This document shows, piece after piece, positions 48,586-58,857 of a DNA stretch of 64,000 nucleotides. The notes beneath the pieces were generated by a model. The model made no database searches. It was not told where the DNA came from and saw only the letters and a program-made list of their open reading frames with translations. Positions within the stretch are counted from its first letter, which is position 1. Each line of letters begins with the position of its first letter. The stretch is from assembly GCA_041750195.1 (NCBI GenBank), contig JBGSZX010000043.1, positions 77,650-141,649 on the forward strand. Reading direction: 5' to 3'. This DNA comes from Bdellovibrionota bacterium. Lineage in GTDB: Bacteria > Bdellovibrionota > UBA2428. The position numbers and the translations under genes were made by a program.

Positions 48586-48745
48586 ATTAGACTTTAAGAT
48601 TCTTCTGAATTCTGGCCAGACTTAAGTTTTTTGCGATTCCATGGAAAAGTCCACAAGATGACCGGCAACCAAATATTCATAAAAATCCCCCTACTGATTA
48701 GACCCGCTGCCCATCTTCTTCGGTTAACCCCCCACCTGACCTGAG

Positions 48746-48923
48746 CACTGATTTACTGTGCGCGCGGAAGAGTTGCTCTAAGGGAATAATCCCGAATAGT
48801 TTTGAGCAAATAGGGCAAAAAACCCAAAGACTTGAGCAAATTTTCAAATAAGCTCAATAATACCAGTATTTTAAGCCGCCTATAACGGCCCCAGCAACTC
48901 TTCCGCGCGCACAGTAAACAGTG
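48746..48923. repeat. 31-bp near-perfect inverted repeat pair flanking about 115 bp (MITE-like or long stem-loop element)
   Basis: cactgatttactgtgcgcgcggaagagttgct (48746-48777) matches agcaactcttccgcgcgcacagtaaacagtg (48893-48923) in reverse complement with a single indel. Confidence 0.6.
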
Positions 48924-49032
48924 CCCAAACCGTTCAAACCAAGCAAAAGACGCGCTGCACCTTTTTCTTTGACGCATGCCGGCGTGGCACCTATAAGACC
49001 TAAACAAATAAAAAAAGGACGGACTTCGCAAT

Positions 49033-51192
49033 ATGATTAAAAAAGCAAATCCCCTCACCCCTCTTCTAGCAATCATTTGTATTTTATTGTTTTCGAACTC
49101 TTTAAGAGCGCAATCAATTGATGCCAATCCAAAGGCCGCGATTGATGCCACTAAAATGATTGAATCTTCGAATTCGAAAATATATCGCGCACGAGTATTG
49201 CTCGAAGATTATAGAAATTGGCCTCAAAGTTATGAGCTCATCAGAGATGTCATCAAAAATGACGACACTCTTAACAAAGTTGCAAAAAAGAAATTAGAAA
49301 AAGCTGCAGGGCAAATTAAATACTATCTTCCCTCTAAGTGGTTTAGCCGAACCATCAACAGCAGACACCTCATACGCCCCTTCCTAGAAGCTAGTTACCT
49401 TATCAACGAAGCTCTTATGGACTCAAGAATTGCACTCAATAGTAGCTCAGATTCGGAAGTTCCTTTTGTTGAACAACTATTAAAAAGCTATTTTTTCCCG
49501 GGCAACGAGTCGGCCGGCCGTATTGAGTACCCGGAATTAGACACATATGCCTTTGATCTTTATTCTTTAACAGAAAAAAATATTGCTCAAGCAAAGCGCG
49601 AGCGAAGTGATGAAGAGAATGCAAGCGGCAATAATAACGACTCCGATAATAATCCCGCCAATCCTCCACATTTAGGCGGACCTCGAAGAGATCCCCGAGT
49701 TGGTGATTATGACCTCGACGACCAGCAATTAAACACACGCTACAAAGCCTCAAATGGTTTTGTTCTAGATTTGATATCAAAGGGTGTAGAAATTTCTGAA
49801 ATTACAAAAGAAGTTTCGGATCTCATCAAGCGCTATCAGGTTCCCAAACGCGTTCACAACCGTTACCTAGAACTTTCTTTGCTTCTTCAAGCCGTGGTTG
49901 ATCCAGGTACTGTACTTTTTGATCCCCAATTGCAAGGCTTTCTGAAGGGCGTTCGCCTTAAAGTTGCTCTAGGACAAACTGACAACAGTGCCGCTGACGA
50001 ATTGTTGAGCCTAAGATCTGAACTTGGCAACAGGGCTGTTGTAAAAACGGACGATGAAGTTCGAGTGAGACTGAGCTACCTCATGGACATGCAACGCAAT
50101 AACCCTTACGCAAAAAATGGGATTGAACTTTCTCTTAAGGAAGTAAAAGGAACAGGTAGATCTATTCTTTATGCTATCTCAACAGTTTCTGGCGAAGAGC
50201 AACTTGCATTACGCACCTTACAAATGGCGGCGACAATCGCTCGAGATGCTGATCAAATCAAAGTTGTCGGGACGACACTTAGGGCCTATCCAGCAATTGC
50301 TAAACTTCAGAGTTTAGCAAATATATCCCTGAGCAAACTAGCTGCTGCACTTCCCGCAGCCGCGAGAGCTGTTAACGAAATGGCCATTGCAACCAACAGA
50401 GGCGCTATTGGCGCCTCATTGCGATCGCTTTCATGGACGTTAAAGGGCATCGTCTCTATTCAAAATGTTGGCGTGAAAATTTCTCAAAACCTTAGCCCGA
50501 AAGCTCTTAAACTTTTGGCGGCTGCAAAGAATAACAAATATGTTAAAAATGGAAGCGCCACTGGAATTTTAACTCTTGCTGCAGCTGCAACTCAGATTAC
50601 GATCGGTGTGATCGAATACCGCGCAACTGACGACACTGACGAAAAATTTGATATCTACATCGACACGACAGCACGAGTCGCGGCTACGGCAACCTATATG
50701 CTTCCCGTTGTCGGCTGGGCTGCTGCTGCTCTTGACCTCGGCCACGCTTTCTTAGGTGTGCCATTTGAAACTGCCGACGTTTACAAAGGATATGCTTGGT
50801 TTGTTGGAGAGATCACTCTTAGCTTCTATGGATTAAGCAGCGTCAAAGTAAAGATGATCGAAGCCGAAGCCGCTTTAAACTTACCGCGTAATAATATATT
50901 CTTTGAACGTTACGGAAAACTCAGACGAAATGAAGTGGCAAGTTACGAATCAACTAAGAAATCTCTTGTGAACCTTCGTGCAGAACTTCAACAAGTCGCC
51001 CTCAATGAGATGAGCTTTCTCTACATTGCCCATAGAACTTTTGCCTCGAGCACTGACTATAGTTTTGGTGAAAGGATCGAGACCCATCACCGCTCTTTGA
51101 TCTCGAACCTTAAAATGGTTGCGAGCATTGAAACGATGCTAAATGAACGTCTCCTAGAATTTGGCGACGTAGCTTCGAACGACGAAAATTGA
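49033..51192 (+). CDS. Large hypothetical secreted protein (719 aa)
   Basis: Signal peptide (LLAIICILLFSNSLRAQS). Helical, Ala-rich middle region. No catalytic motif recognised. Followed by a strong terminator. Confidence 0.6.
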   Translation: MIKKANPLTPLLAIICILLFSNSLRAQSIDANPKAAIDATKMIESSNSKIYRARVLLEDYRNWPQSYELIRDVIKNDDTLNKVAKKKLEKAAGQIKYYLPSKWFSRTINSRHLIRPFLEASYLINEALMDSRIALNSSSDSEVPFVEQLLKSYFFPGNESAGRIEYPELDTYAFDLYSLTEKNIAQAKRERSDEENASGNNNDSDNNPANPPHLGGPRRDPRVGDYDLDDQQLNTRYKASNGFVLDLISKGVEISEITKEVSDLIKRYQVPKRVHNRYLELSLLLQAVVDPGTVLFDPQLQGFLKGVRLKVALGQTDNSAADELLSLRSELGNRAVVKTDDEVRVRLSYLMDMQRNNPYAKNGIELSLKEVKGTGRSILYAISTVSGEEQLALRTLQMAATIARDADQIKVVGTTLRAYPAIAKLQSLANISLSKLAAALPAAARAVNEMAIATNRGAIGASLRSLSWTLKGIVSIQNVGVKISQNLSPKALKLLAAAKNNKYVKNGSATGILTLAAAATQITIGVIEYRATDDTDEKFDIYIDTTARVAATATYMLPVVGWAAAALDLGHAFLGVPFETADVYKGYAWFVGEITLSFYGLSSVKVKMIEAEAALNLPRNNIFFERYGKLRRNEVASYESTKKSLVNLRAELQQVALNEMSFLYIAHRTFASSTDYSFGERIETHHRSLISNLKMVASIETMLNERLLEFGDVASNDEN

Positions 51193-51219
51193 TTTTCAGA
51201 AACTGACTAAAATCTAGAC

Positions 51220-51261
51220 ACTGGCTTGGCCTAAATCGGCTAAGCCAGTGTTTTTATTTTA
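51220..51261 (+). terminator. Rho-independent terminator after the 719-aa gene
   Basis: Stem cactggcttggcc / ggctaagccagtg with a taaatc loop, followed by tttttatttt. Confidence 0.7.
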
Positions 51262-51332
51262 ATATTATCCTGCATTATCGGACACTTACCGACTGCCAAG
51301 AGTGGTCCTTCACTTGCTCTTAACAAAGCAAG

Positions 51333-52193
51333 ATGAGTTGGGGTTTTTCTAAAAATGTTTACTTTATAGTCAGCTTAGGGCTTTTACAGGCCTGTGGTAA
51401 CCCCTTTGATATCAAGGACAGCTGTGAGACAGGTTTCTACGAAACAACTCGAGGCAAACAAATGCACTGGCCAGATGGAGCGCAAGTTAACTTTGATATT
51501 CATGCGAGTGTCCCTTCCGAATATAGAGACACCATCAAGGCTGCCGGCGACCGCTACAACGACATCCTTGAGGTAACTGGCATCAAAATATTTGAAGATA
51601 AAACCGTGAAAGACTTCCGAGGTATCCCGCTTGAAGTGACCGGAGACGGAAGTAACTCCATCTATTGGGTTCGCGATGAAGAATGGCCATGGAAAGAAAG
51701 CGACCCAAATGCGATCGCCATGACGGTCACAACCTTTGATAAGAACAACATTTCTGAAGCTGACATTTTTTACAAAAGCAAATCATACCAAAAGGATTCA
51801 CCCGACACTAAAACAAAAGCTACAGCAACCGTTAGCGTTGGAAACAACAGCAGCGCCTCATTAGATTTCTCCGCCATGAATCCTATTCAAGATTTTCTAC
51901 GTAGTACCAAAGATACTTTGTTCCCAAACTTAAAAATTGCTTCAAACCAAATATTACAGGCCGTTTACGACACAAGTTCAATCAATCATAATTTAGTAGA
52001 ACATAGAGTTTATATGGTCAGCGTTCATGAAATGGGTCATGCCATGGGACGATGCCATAGCGATGAGCCCGCCTCGATCATGTGGCCCCAAGTTGGCACT
52101 GGAGATGAAGAGACTCGCAATATGCCATTTAGCGACGAAGACTTAGATTTGTTTGAAAGCGCATACAAAATACACGTGCCAGAATCTAAATAG
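51333..52193 (+). CDS. Metzincin (matrixin/M10-like) zinc metalloprotease lipoprotein
   Basis: Lipobox LGLLQAC. Extended zinc-binding motif HEMGHAMGRCH (HExxHxxGxxH) near the C-terminus. Confidence 0.7.
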   Translation: MSWGFSKNVYFIVSLGLLQACGNPFDIKDSCETGFYETTRGKQMHWPDGAQVNFDIHASVPSEYRDTIKAAGDRYNDILEVTGIKIFEDKTVKDFRGIPLEVTGDGSNSIYWVRDEEWPWKESDPNAIAMTVTTFDKNNISEADIFYKSKSYQKDSPDTKTKATATVSVGNNSSASLDFSAMNPIQDFLRSTKDTLFPNLKIASNQILQAVYDTSSINHNLVEHRVYMVSVHEMGHAMGRCHSDEPASIMWPQVGTGDEETRNMPFSDEDLDLFESAYKIHVPESK

Positions 52194-52225
52194 TCTATCG
52201 CCGTTTTAGTAAAATTTATACTTCG

Positions 52226-54676
52226 CTAAAAACCAAATTTCTTTTTCAAATTATTAATTTGTTTTTTAACTTCAGGATTCTTGACCTTTTCGTTAATTTT
52301 CTCTTCAATTTTTGGCAATACTTTTTGGATTTGTTTTTTAGCAATCTTTTTGGCGGCTCCCTTGGAAGCTCGCTCAACTAAAATTTTTGTAGTGTATCCA
52401 TAATCCGGTTTGGGCTCGTCCATAGTTCCCTTAAGTTTAAGGGGAAACTCAATCTGTCCACTAGGCCCAAGCAACTCATCTCGATTAATAATTTTTGGAT
52501 CCATAAACAATACTGCCGTGAGGTCGATAGCTTTATCAAAATTGATTGTCCCATTCCCCTGAAATCTCATGTCGCCCAATTTCCCCTTTTGAGTATCATA
52601 GATGACATCTAAATTTTTAAGCTGAACCTGTCTTCCCACAATTTCGCTATCCACTTTGGCTGTCTTAAACGCACCATTAAAATTTTGGTTATCAATTTTT
52701 CCAGTTTTGCCTTTTGCGATATCTGGCAACTTGCCAAAAACTTCATTGATGACTTTGAGGACTGGGATATTTAAAGTTCCACTAGTTAGCTCACCCCTTA
52801 GGGAGCCTTTTAAATGTTTTTCAAGATCTTTTTTTAGAAGACCAATGCCACTTATATTAAAAATACCTTTTAAGTTTCCAGTGACATCTTTCTGCCATTT
52901 TGGCGCGTGCGCGGCCAACGCCTTTTCAACGGCAATGTTGTTTAGCATTGCATTCATACTATAGCTAAAGGCCTTTGGCTGAAGGCCCAGACTAAGGACA
53001 GCATCCATGCCTCCGCCATAGGCTTTCATGCCACCGGCATTTATGTTCATTTTTCTATTTGCTAGCCCCATAGCAAGGGATGCGTCTTTATAAGAAGCAC
53101 CCATAAACTTGATCTCTTTAAAGTTAACTTTGCCATCCATTTTTATGGAATCAAGCATTTCATTAGAGAGTGCCTCTTCAATCATCGGAGCCATGTCTTC
53201 TAAACTTTGATCGAGGCTCGCGTTTGGATTTACAGCAGCAGCCTTTGCTGGAGTACCAGCAGTTTTCGCAGTGCCGCCAGCGGGAACACTCGAAGTTGTA
53301 GCGGCAGAATCCACAGCCAACATGAGCTCATCTAGATCGATCAATTTTGAATTTACGGCAAAGCCAATATTAATTTTTTTAATTCCCTCGATAGTTGCTG
53401 AGAGACCTAAATCCGATTTCCCAATATTGATCGAAGAATTGTTGATGTTAATCTTTGGAGAACTAAGCGATCCCCCCAAAACAACCTGTCCTTTACCATT
53501 GCTGATCGGCTTCGACAGCTCAGGTGTTGATCCCTTCACTCCTGAGAATGAAACGTTGCCGGAAAATTTTGGATCTTTAAAGTCGCCAGCAATTCCGATT
53601 TTATAATTCAACGTCCCGCCTAGAGAATAGCTTCTAAGAAATGGAAACAATGCTGAAAAAGATGACAGCTCGACACCATTGGCGAGCATCGACAACGAAA
53701 AGTTTTCGGGCCCTTCGTCCGGCATTGTTAAATCTAACGATCCAGTTGTTTTAATTCCTCCAATTTCGAAATTAAGTTCCTTCAAGTTAGCTTTTATGCC
53801 GTTTCCATAACTGATCAGACCTTTAGAAGATGCGGCAAGTGCGGAGCCCTTTTGCTTATGCATCAAATCCAAGGCCTTGATTTCTAGAGCCGCTAAATCT
53901 TTCCGTATATCAATTTCAGCACTAACAACTCCGGTTGCTTGATCGATAGAGACCTTTGTCGTCCCAGCCATTTCGACCAAACCATTTATTGTCACACCAG
54001 CGCCTTTAGCAACCACATCGGTAGAACCTTTGATTTTTATCAAACTATCGAGACCAATATCACTAACATCAAAATCAAAATTAGAGAGCGACTCCTCAAG
54101 GTGCAATCCATCTTTGAACTTTAGATTCGACACAATTTGAGCATCATTGAGTTCGAAAGAAAATTTGGCGCCCACAATACGGGCCCTAAGAAAGCCAGGA
54201 ATTCCCCCAAGAATCTCTGCGATATCCTCTGCTTTATTGCTCTTGGCGACCGCCTTATTTTGCTCCATAACTTCGGCATCCTTTGGGGGAGGCAGAAGAA
54301 AAGCTGCCAAATTATCAAGACTTTTAGTTTCGTCCTTGATCCATTCTAATTTTAAGTCATTTAGAGTCAACGTCGCTTTCGGCGATGCAAGCAACGAAAG
54401 CAATGACATTTTTAATTCAACAGATTTTAAGGATCCTAAGTTTTTATTTTTGACCTCTGGAGAAATTAACTGAATATCGTCAACTCCGATGGATATAGAT
54501 GGAAACAAAGAAAGTGACAATTTTCCCAGCTTAACTTCCCCTCTTACATTTTTTTTAATAACTTCTTCAATTTTTGGTCGAAGGTCATCCAAAGAATAGA
54601 ACATGGGGGCCACCAGCAAAGCTAAAATAATAGCCGCTACAAATATTCCACCAAATTTTAAGATTTTTTTCATCAT
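52226..54676 (-). CDS. AsmA-family protein
   Basis: N-terminal TM anchor followed by an AsmA-like N-terminal region (LRPKIEEVIKKNVRGEVKLGKLSLSLFP). 816 aa of repetitive beta-rich sequence. Confidence 0.65.
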   Translation of the reverse strand: MMKKILKFGGIFVAAIILALLVAPMFYSLDDLRPKIEEVIKKNVRGEVKLGKLSLSLFPSISIGVDDIQLISPEVKNKNLGSLKSVELKMSLLSLLASPKATLTLNDLKLEWIKDETKSLDNLAAFLLPPPKDAEVMEQNKAVAKSNKAEDIAEILGGIPGFLRARIVGAKFSFELNDAQIVSNLKFKDGLHLEESLSNFDFDVSDIGLDSLIKIKGSTDVVAKGAGVTINGLVEMAGTTKVSIDQATGVVSAEIDIRKDLAALEIKALDLMHKQKGSALAASSKGLISYGNGIKANLKELNFEIGGIKTTGSLDLTMPDEGPENFSLSMLANGVELSSFSALFPFLRSYSLGGTLNYKIGIAGDFKDPKFSGNVSFSGVKGSTPELSKPISNGKGQVVLGGSLSSPKININNSSINIGKSDLGLSATIEGIKKINIGFAVNSKLIDLDELMLAVDSAATTSSVPAGGTAKTAGTPAKAAAVNPNASLDQSLEDMAPMIEEALSNEMLDSIKMDGKVNFKEIKFMGASYKDASLAMGLANRKMNINAGGMKAYGGGMDAVLSLGLQPKAFSYSMNAMLNNIAVEKALAAHAPKWQKDVTGNLKGIFNISGIGLLKKDLEKHLKGSLRGELTSGTLNIPVLKVINEVFGKLPDIAKGKTGKIDNQNFNGAFKTAKVDSEIVGRQVQLKNLDVIYDTQKGKLGDMRFQGNGTINFDKAIDLTAVLFMDPKIINRDELLGPSGQIEFPLKLKGTMDEPKPDYGYTTKILVERASKGAAKKIAKKQIQKVLPKIEEKINEKVKNPEVKKQINNLKKKFGF

Positions 54677-54769
54677 TTCCCCTTAACTATTAAATTACTT
54701 ATAAAATTAGTTACAAAACTACTTACAAAATTTATTAAAACAATAACAACAACTTTCAACTCCCTTTAA

Positions 54770-55108
54770 TCAACCCGGGGGCCAAGCCATGGCACGACCG
54801 CCAAGAATATGAAAGTGCAAATGGTCGACGGACTGACCGCCGTAATCTCCAACATTTGTGACAACCCTATATCCATTCTTAGGCAAACCAAGTTCTTGAG
54901 CGATGTCTCTGATTTTTAACATCAGATGTCCCATCAAATCTTTGTCTCCATCCGCAAGTGCCGCCATGCTTTTGATCTCTTTTTTGGGTATCACAAGCAC
55001 ATGTGTTGGGGCCTGCGCACTAATGTCATGGAAAGCCAAACATAAATCATCTTCATAAAGAATTTTTGCTGGAATCTCTTTGTCTATAATTTTTTTAAAA
55101 ATTGTCAT
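54770..55108 (-). CDS. HIT-family (histidine triad) protein
   Basis: HLHFHILGG histidine triad motif. 112 aa. Overlaps the leuS stop by 4 bp. Confidence 0.8.
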   Translation of the reverse strand: MTIFKKIIDKEIPAKILYEDDLCLAFHDISAQAPTHVLVIPKKEIKSMAALADGDKDLMGHLMLKIRDIAQELGLPKNGYRVVTNVGDYGGQSVDHLHFHILGGRAMAWPPG

Positions 55109-57564
55109 ATGACGATACTCACAATTCGACCTTTTACGTAAACGAATTTTTTAAGTGGTTTTCCATCAATCCATCGCTGAACATTTTCGATGGCCAATAC
55201 CTGTGCTTTCAGTTCGTCCTCAGCGATATCAACTGGAATCACTATTTTCCCACGAAGCTTTCCATTCACTTGAATGCCAAGCTCCACTTCATCAAGGGTC
55301 GCCTTTTCGGGATCGTATTCTGGCCAAGGCGAAAGAGTCACAGTATCCCGATGCCCAAGAAGGCTCCAAATTTCTTCCGCAGTATGTGGTGCAAAAGGAG
55401 CCAACAATCGAAGATAAGTTTCCACCCATAGCCTGGGAACATATTGAATTTTGTCGAACTCTTTCAGAGATTCATTAGACAACACCATCAACGCAGAAAT
55501 TGCCGTATTAAAACTTAGCTTTTCAATAGCTTCTCCAATTTGCTTAATGCTCATATGCATCTGCTTTGAAAGCTCAGAAGGCCATTCAGACTCTGGAATA
55601 TTTTCGACTCTAGACTGTAGTTTACCTTCGCCATCGATGACAGCTCTGCAAAAGCGATTTAGGTACCTGTAAGTTCCTTCAAGGCCGCCAGTCTGCCAAG
55701 GTTTTGTTTTTTCGAGTGGCCCCATAAACATTTCATAAAGCCTAAATGAATCGGCGCCATATTGAGCCACAACATCATCCGGATTGACAACATTGCCCCT
55801 AGATTTAGACATTTTTTCATTGTCTTCCCCAAGCATCATTCCCTGGTGGATCAATCTTTTGAAAGGTTCCTTTGTTGAAACAAGCCCCATATCAAAAAAA
55901 ACTTTGTGCCAAAATCGTGAATATAAAAGATGACCAACAGCATGTTCGGCTCCACCTAAATAGAAGTCGACTTGTTGCCAGTAACTAACAGCTTCGCTTG
56001 ACCATGGCTTTTCATTGTTGTGTGGATCCATATATCGAAGAAAATACCAAGATGACCCCGCTGAGCCTGGCATCGTATTGGTTTCTCGCAAAAAAGATTT
56101 TTCGCCTTCGCGATAGTTCACCCAATCTTTTAAAGTTGCAAGGGGGCTTTCCCCACTGCCAGATGGTTTATAATCATCAACAGGCGGGAGCTCTAATGGC
56201 AAATCGGCATCTTCTAATAACTTAACATCGCCGGTCATCGCACCACCGACAGGGTGCAGGACAGGAATGGGCTCGCCCCAATAGCGCTGTCTAGAGAAAA
56301 CCCAGTCGCGCAATTTATAGGTAATTTGTTTTTGCCCCAATCCCTTTGATTCCAGAAAAGACAGAATTTTCTGGGCACCTTCGGTAACGGGTAGGCCATT
56401 TACTTTCATCGACGAAAAATCTGAATTGATTAATCTCCCTTCTTCGTCAATCACCGGTACGACGGGGAGACCATGAACTTTTGCAAATTCCTGGTCACGA
56501 TCATCATGTGCTGGGACAGCCATGATGGCTCCGGTTCCGTAATTCATCAGAACATAGTCAGCCACCCAGACTGGAATTTTTTCTTGAGTTAAAGGATGTA
56601 GAGCATAGCCTCCTGTAAAAACTCCGCTTTTATCTTTGTTCAAGTCAGTGCGTGCCAAGTCACTCTTTTTAGCAGTTTCAATGCAATATTTTTCAACCTT
56701 AGCTTTTTGCTCCACCGACACCAAGTCCCATAGCAACGGATGCTCTGGAGCTAAAACCATAAAAGTTACTCCCATCAAAGTGTCAGGACGAGTTGTAAAA
56801 ATTTCGAAATATTTTTTTGGATCCGACTGCAAGGCAAACTTTATTTGCCCCCCTTCGGATTTTCCAATCCAATTTCTTTGATGTTCTTTTGTAGACTCCG
56901 GCCAATCCAAAGAATCTAAGTCTTCAAGTAGGCGCTCTGCATACTCAGTGATTTTCAACATCCATTGCCGCATGGGCCGCTTTTCAACAGGATGACCACC
57001 GCGCTCACTCTTTCCATCAATGATTTCGTCATTGGCGAGAACAGTTCCTAAAGCGGGACACCAGTTAACGGGGAACTCAGCTTGATAGGCAAGACCTCGT
57101 TCGTAAAGTTTTTTAAAGATCCATTGAGTCCACTTATAGTACTTTGGATCGGCTGTTGAAATTTCGCGATCCCAATCGTAGCCTAGCGCCAAACTTGTAA
57201 GTTGTTTTTTGTAAGTGATAATGTTTTTTGCTGTGGTCTGAGACGGATGAATGCCAGTTTGAATGGCGTATTGCTCTGCAGGCAAGCCAAAGGCATCCCA
57301 TCCCATGGGATGCAATACGTTAAATCCTTTCATCCTTTTGTAGCGACACAAAATATCGGTCGCAATGTATCCGAGTGGGTGTCCCACATGAAGTCCTTGA
57401 CCAGATGGATAAGGAAACATGTCTAAACAATAGAATTTTGGCTTTTCAGCTCCTGGCTCTCCGGGATTGGCGGCTTTATAAACTTTTTTATCTTGCCAAA
57501 TTTTTTGCCATTTGGACTCAATATTGTGTGCGAATTCTTTAAAACTAAATTCAGGCTGAGACAT
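55105..57564 (-). CDS. leuS: Leucine--tRNA ligase
   Basis: HIGH-type motif ([16 protein letters not shown]), KMSKS and LeuS-specific domains. 819 aa. Confidence 0.95.
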   Translation of the reverse strand: MSQPEFSFKEFAHNIESKWQKIWQDKKVYKAANPGEPGAEKPKFYCLDMFPYPSGQGLHVGHPLGYIATDILCRYKRMKGFNVLHPMGWDAFGLPAEQYAIQTGIHPSQTTAKNIITYKKQLTSLALGYDWDREISTADPKYYKWTQWIFKKLYERGLAYQAEFPVNWCPALGTVLANDEIIDGKSERGGHPVEKRPMRQWMLKITEYAERLLEDLDSLDWPESTKEHQRNWIGKSEGGQIKFALQSDPKKYFEIFTTRPDTLMGVTFMVLAPEHPLLWDLVSVEQKAKVEKYCIETAKKSDLARTDLNKDKSGVFTGGYALHPLTQEKIPVWVADYVLMNYGTGAIMAVPAHDDRDQEFAKVHGLPVVPVIDEEGRLINSDFSSMKVNGLPVTEGAQKILSFLESKGLGQKQITYKLRDWVFSRQRYWGEPIPVLHPVGGAMTGDVKLLEDADLPLELPPVDDYKPSGSGESPLATLKDWVNYREGEKSFLRETNTMPGSAGSSWYFLRYMDPHNNEKPWSSEAVSYWQQVDFYLGGAEHAVGHLLYSRFWHKVFFDMGLVSTKEPFKRLIHQGMMLGEDNEKMSKSRGNVVNPDDVVAQYGADSFRLYEMFMGPLEKTKPWQTGGLEGTYRYLNRFCRAVIDGEGKLQSRVENIPESEWPSELSKQMHMSIKQIGEAIEKLSFNTAISALMVLSNESLKEFDKIQYVPRLWVETYLRLLAPFAPHTAEEIWSLLGHRDTVTLSPWPEYDPEKATLDEVELGIQVNGKLRGKIVIPVDIAEDELKAQVLAIENVQRWIDGKPLKKFVYVKGRIVSIVI

Positions 57565-57613
57565 AGGCCCTAGTTTTAAAGCTCATTTACACATTACTCA
57601 ATGTTTCGATGGG

Positions 57614-58852
57614 CTAAAATTTATAACTTGATGCGATCACAATCCCATAGAAATAGTTGCTTCTAGGCTCAGGACCGGTAGTGGCCGGATTAATGGAGCG
57701 AGAATAACCCTGACCACCTTGTACCCAGCCTCCGAGGACCACTTCCCCCATTTTAGAGGCCAACACCAGGGCCCCCGTTGCGCCAAACATATGGACCTTG
57801 TCATGGATAGCGCTAAGATCTTGCGGAACCACTTTTGCCGCAGTGAGATTTGTAAAAAACCCAAGGCGATACGCAAATGTGTCCCAAAGATATTGCTCCC
57901 AGCCGACATGAAAATTGGGGATGAGCCTTAAGTCCACATCAAAATAGGAATTTCCGTTTGGATCTAAGTTTTTCGAAAAAGGCAGATATAGGTGCAAATC
58001 GCCCACGATACTTCGCCTCGCGTCGAGCTTCTGATGAAAGCCCCAACTTAGACGCATGGGAATGGGAACCGCCGTTGGCTTGAATTCTGAGATTGGAATG
58101 GCGCTATCGCCACTCGTTAAAATTGAATTACTTCCAGCGCCGCCCCAAAGCCAAACAGGTGAGCGAAAACTTGCACCCCACATAAAGGTATCACTGCTCT
58201 TGCGCGTATAGCCCACAACAGCGTTCATCCCATTTCCACCGTAGACCTTTTCATCAAAAGAAATGGCTAGAGACCCCGTACCTACATTAAAATACGAAAA
58301 CTTTTCATTGATATCTCTTGAGACATAAAAAAGCCCAATGCCAAGAGAAGAACGGTCCGATAATTTCTTTGATCCAAAAAAATTGATCCAGATATCTTCG
58401 AGGCTGCTTTCATAACTGGCCACAGATGTGCTCGACAAAGTTATTGAGCCTGAGTTTTCAAAGGCATTAGGAACAAAAACAGCTCCACCCCAAGTCCACG
58501 CACCTTTGGATAAAAAGCCACCAATGTTACTTGGAATCGACAAAAACCCCCCGCGAGTCACATTGTCGGCCGCCGACCTAAAGAGGCTTACAAATTCCCC
58601 CGTACGTGTGTCGATACGGGTATAGGAAGAGACACTTGCCGAAACCTGGTTTCCCTCAGAAAACGAAAGAACTGACGGATTTAAAAATACCACACCAGCA
58701 TCTTCTGTCAGGGCCACTCCAGCATTTCCAAGCCCCATGGAGCGCACACCAATGGGAAGATCTTCATAATTATAAAGACGCGCCCAAACCAGGGGGCTAC
58801 TAAGAGCAAAAAAACCGAACGCCAACAAATTCAATACAGCACGTTTCATCAT
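57614..58852 (-). CDS. Outer-membrane transport protein, OMPP1/FadL/TodX-like
   Basis: Signal peptide present. N-terminal hatch-like region with GLGNAGVAL...NPS. C-terminal aromatic ...SSYKF. Confidence 0.5.
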   Translation of the reverse strand: MMKRAVLNLLAFGFFALSSPLVWARLYNYEDLPIGVRSMGLGNAGVALTEDAGVVFLNPSVLSFSEGNQVSASVSSYTRIDTRTGEFVSLFRSAADNVTRGGFLSIPSNIGGFLSKGAWTWGGAVFVPNAFENSGSITLSSTSVASYESSLEDIWINFFGSKKLSDRSSLGIGLFYVSRDINEKFSYFNVGTGSLAISFDEKVYGGNGMNAVVGYTRKSSDTFMWGASFRSPVWLWGGAGSNSILTSGDSAIPISEFKPTAVPIPMRLSWGFHQKLDARRSIVGDLHLYLPFSKNLDPNGNSYFDVDLRLIPNFHVGWEQYLWDTFAYRLGFFTNLTAAKVVPQDLSAIHDKVHMFGATGALVLASKMGEVVLGGWVQGGQGYSRSINPATTGPEPRSNYFYGIVIASSYKF

Positions 58853-58857
58853 AAATT

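Noticed and set aside
48984-49000. TGGCAC hexamer as a sigma-54 -24 element upstream of the 719-aa gene
   Set aside because: The sequence at the expected -12 position (agacc) lacks the conserved GC/TTGC, so I do not call a sigma-54 promoter.
48753-49151. 132-aa minus-strand ORF across the inverted-repeat element and the 5' end of the 719-aa gene
   Set aside because: It spans the IR element and overlaps the start of a strongly supported plus-strand gene. Its Cys/Arg-rich composition looks non-coding.
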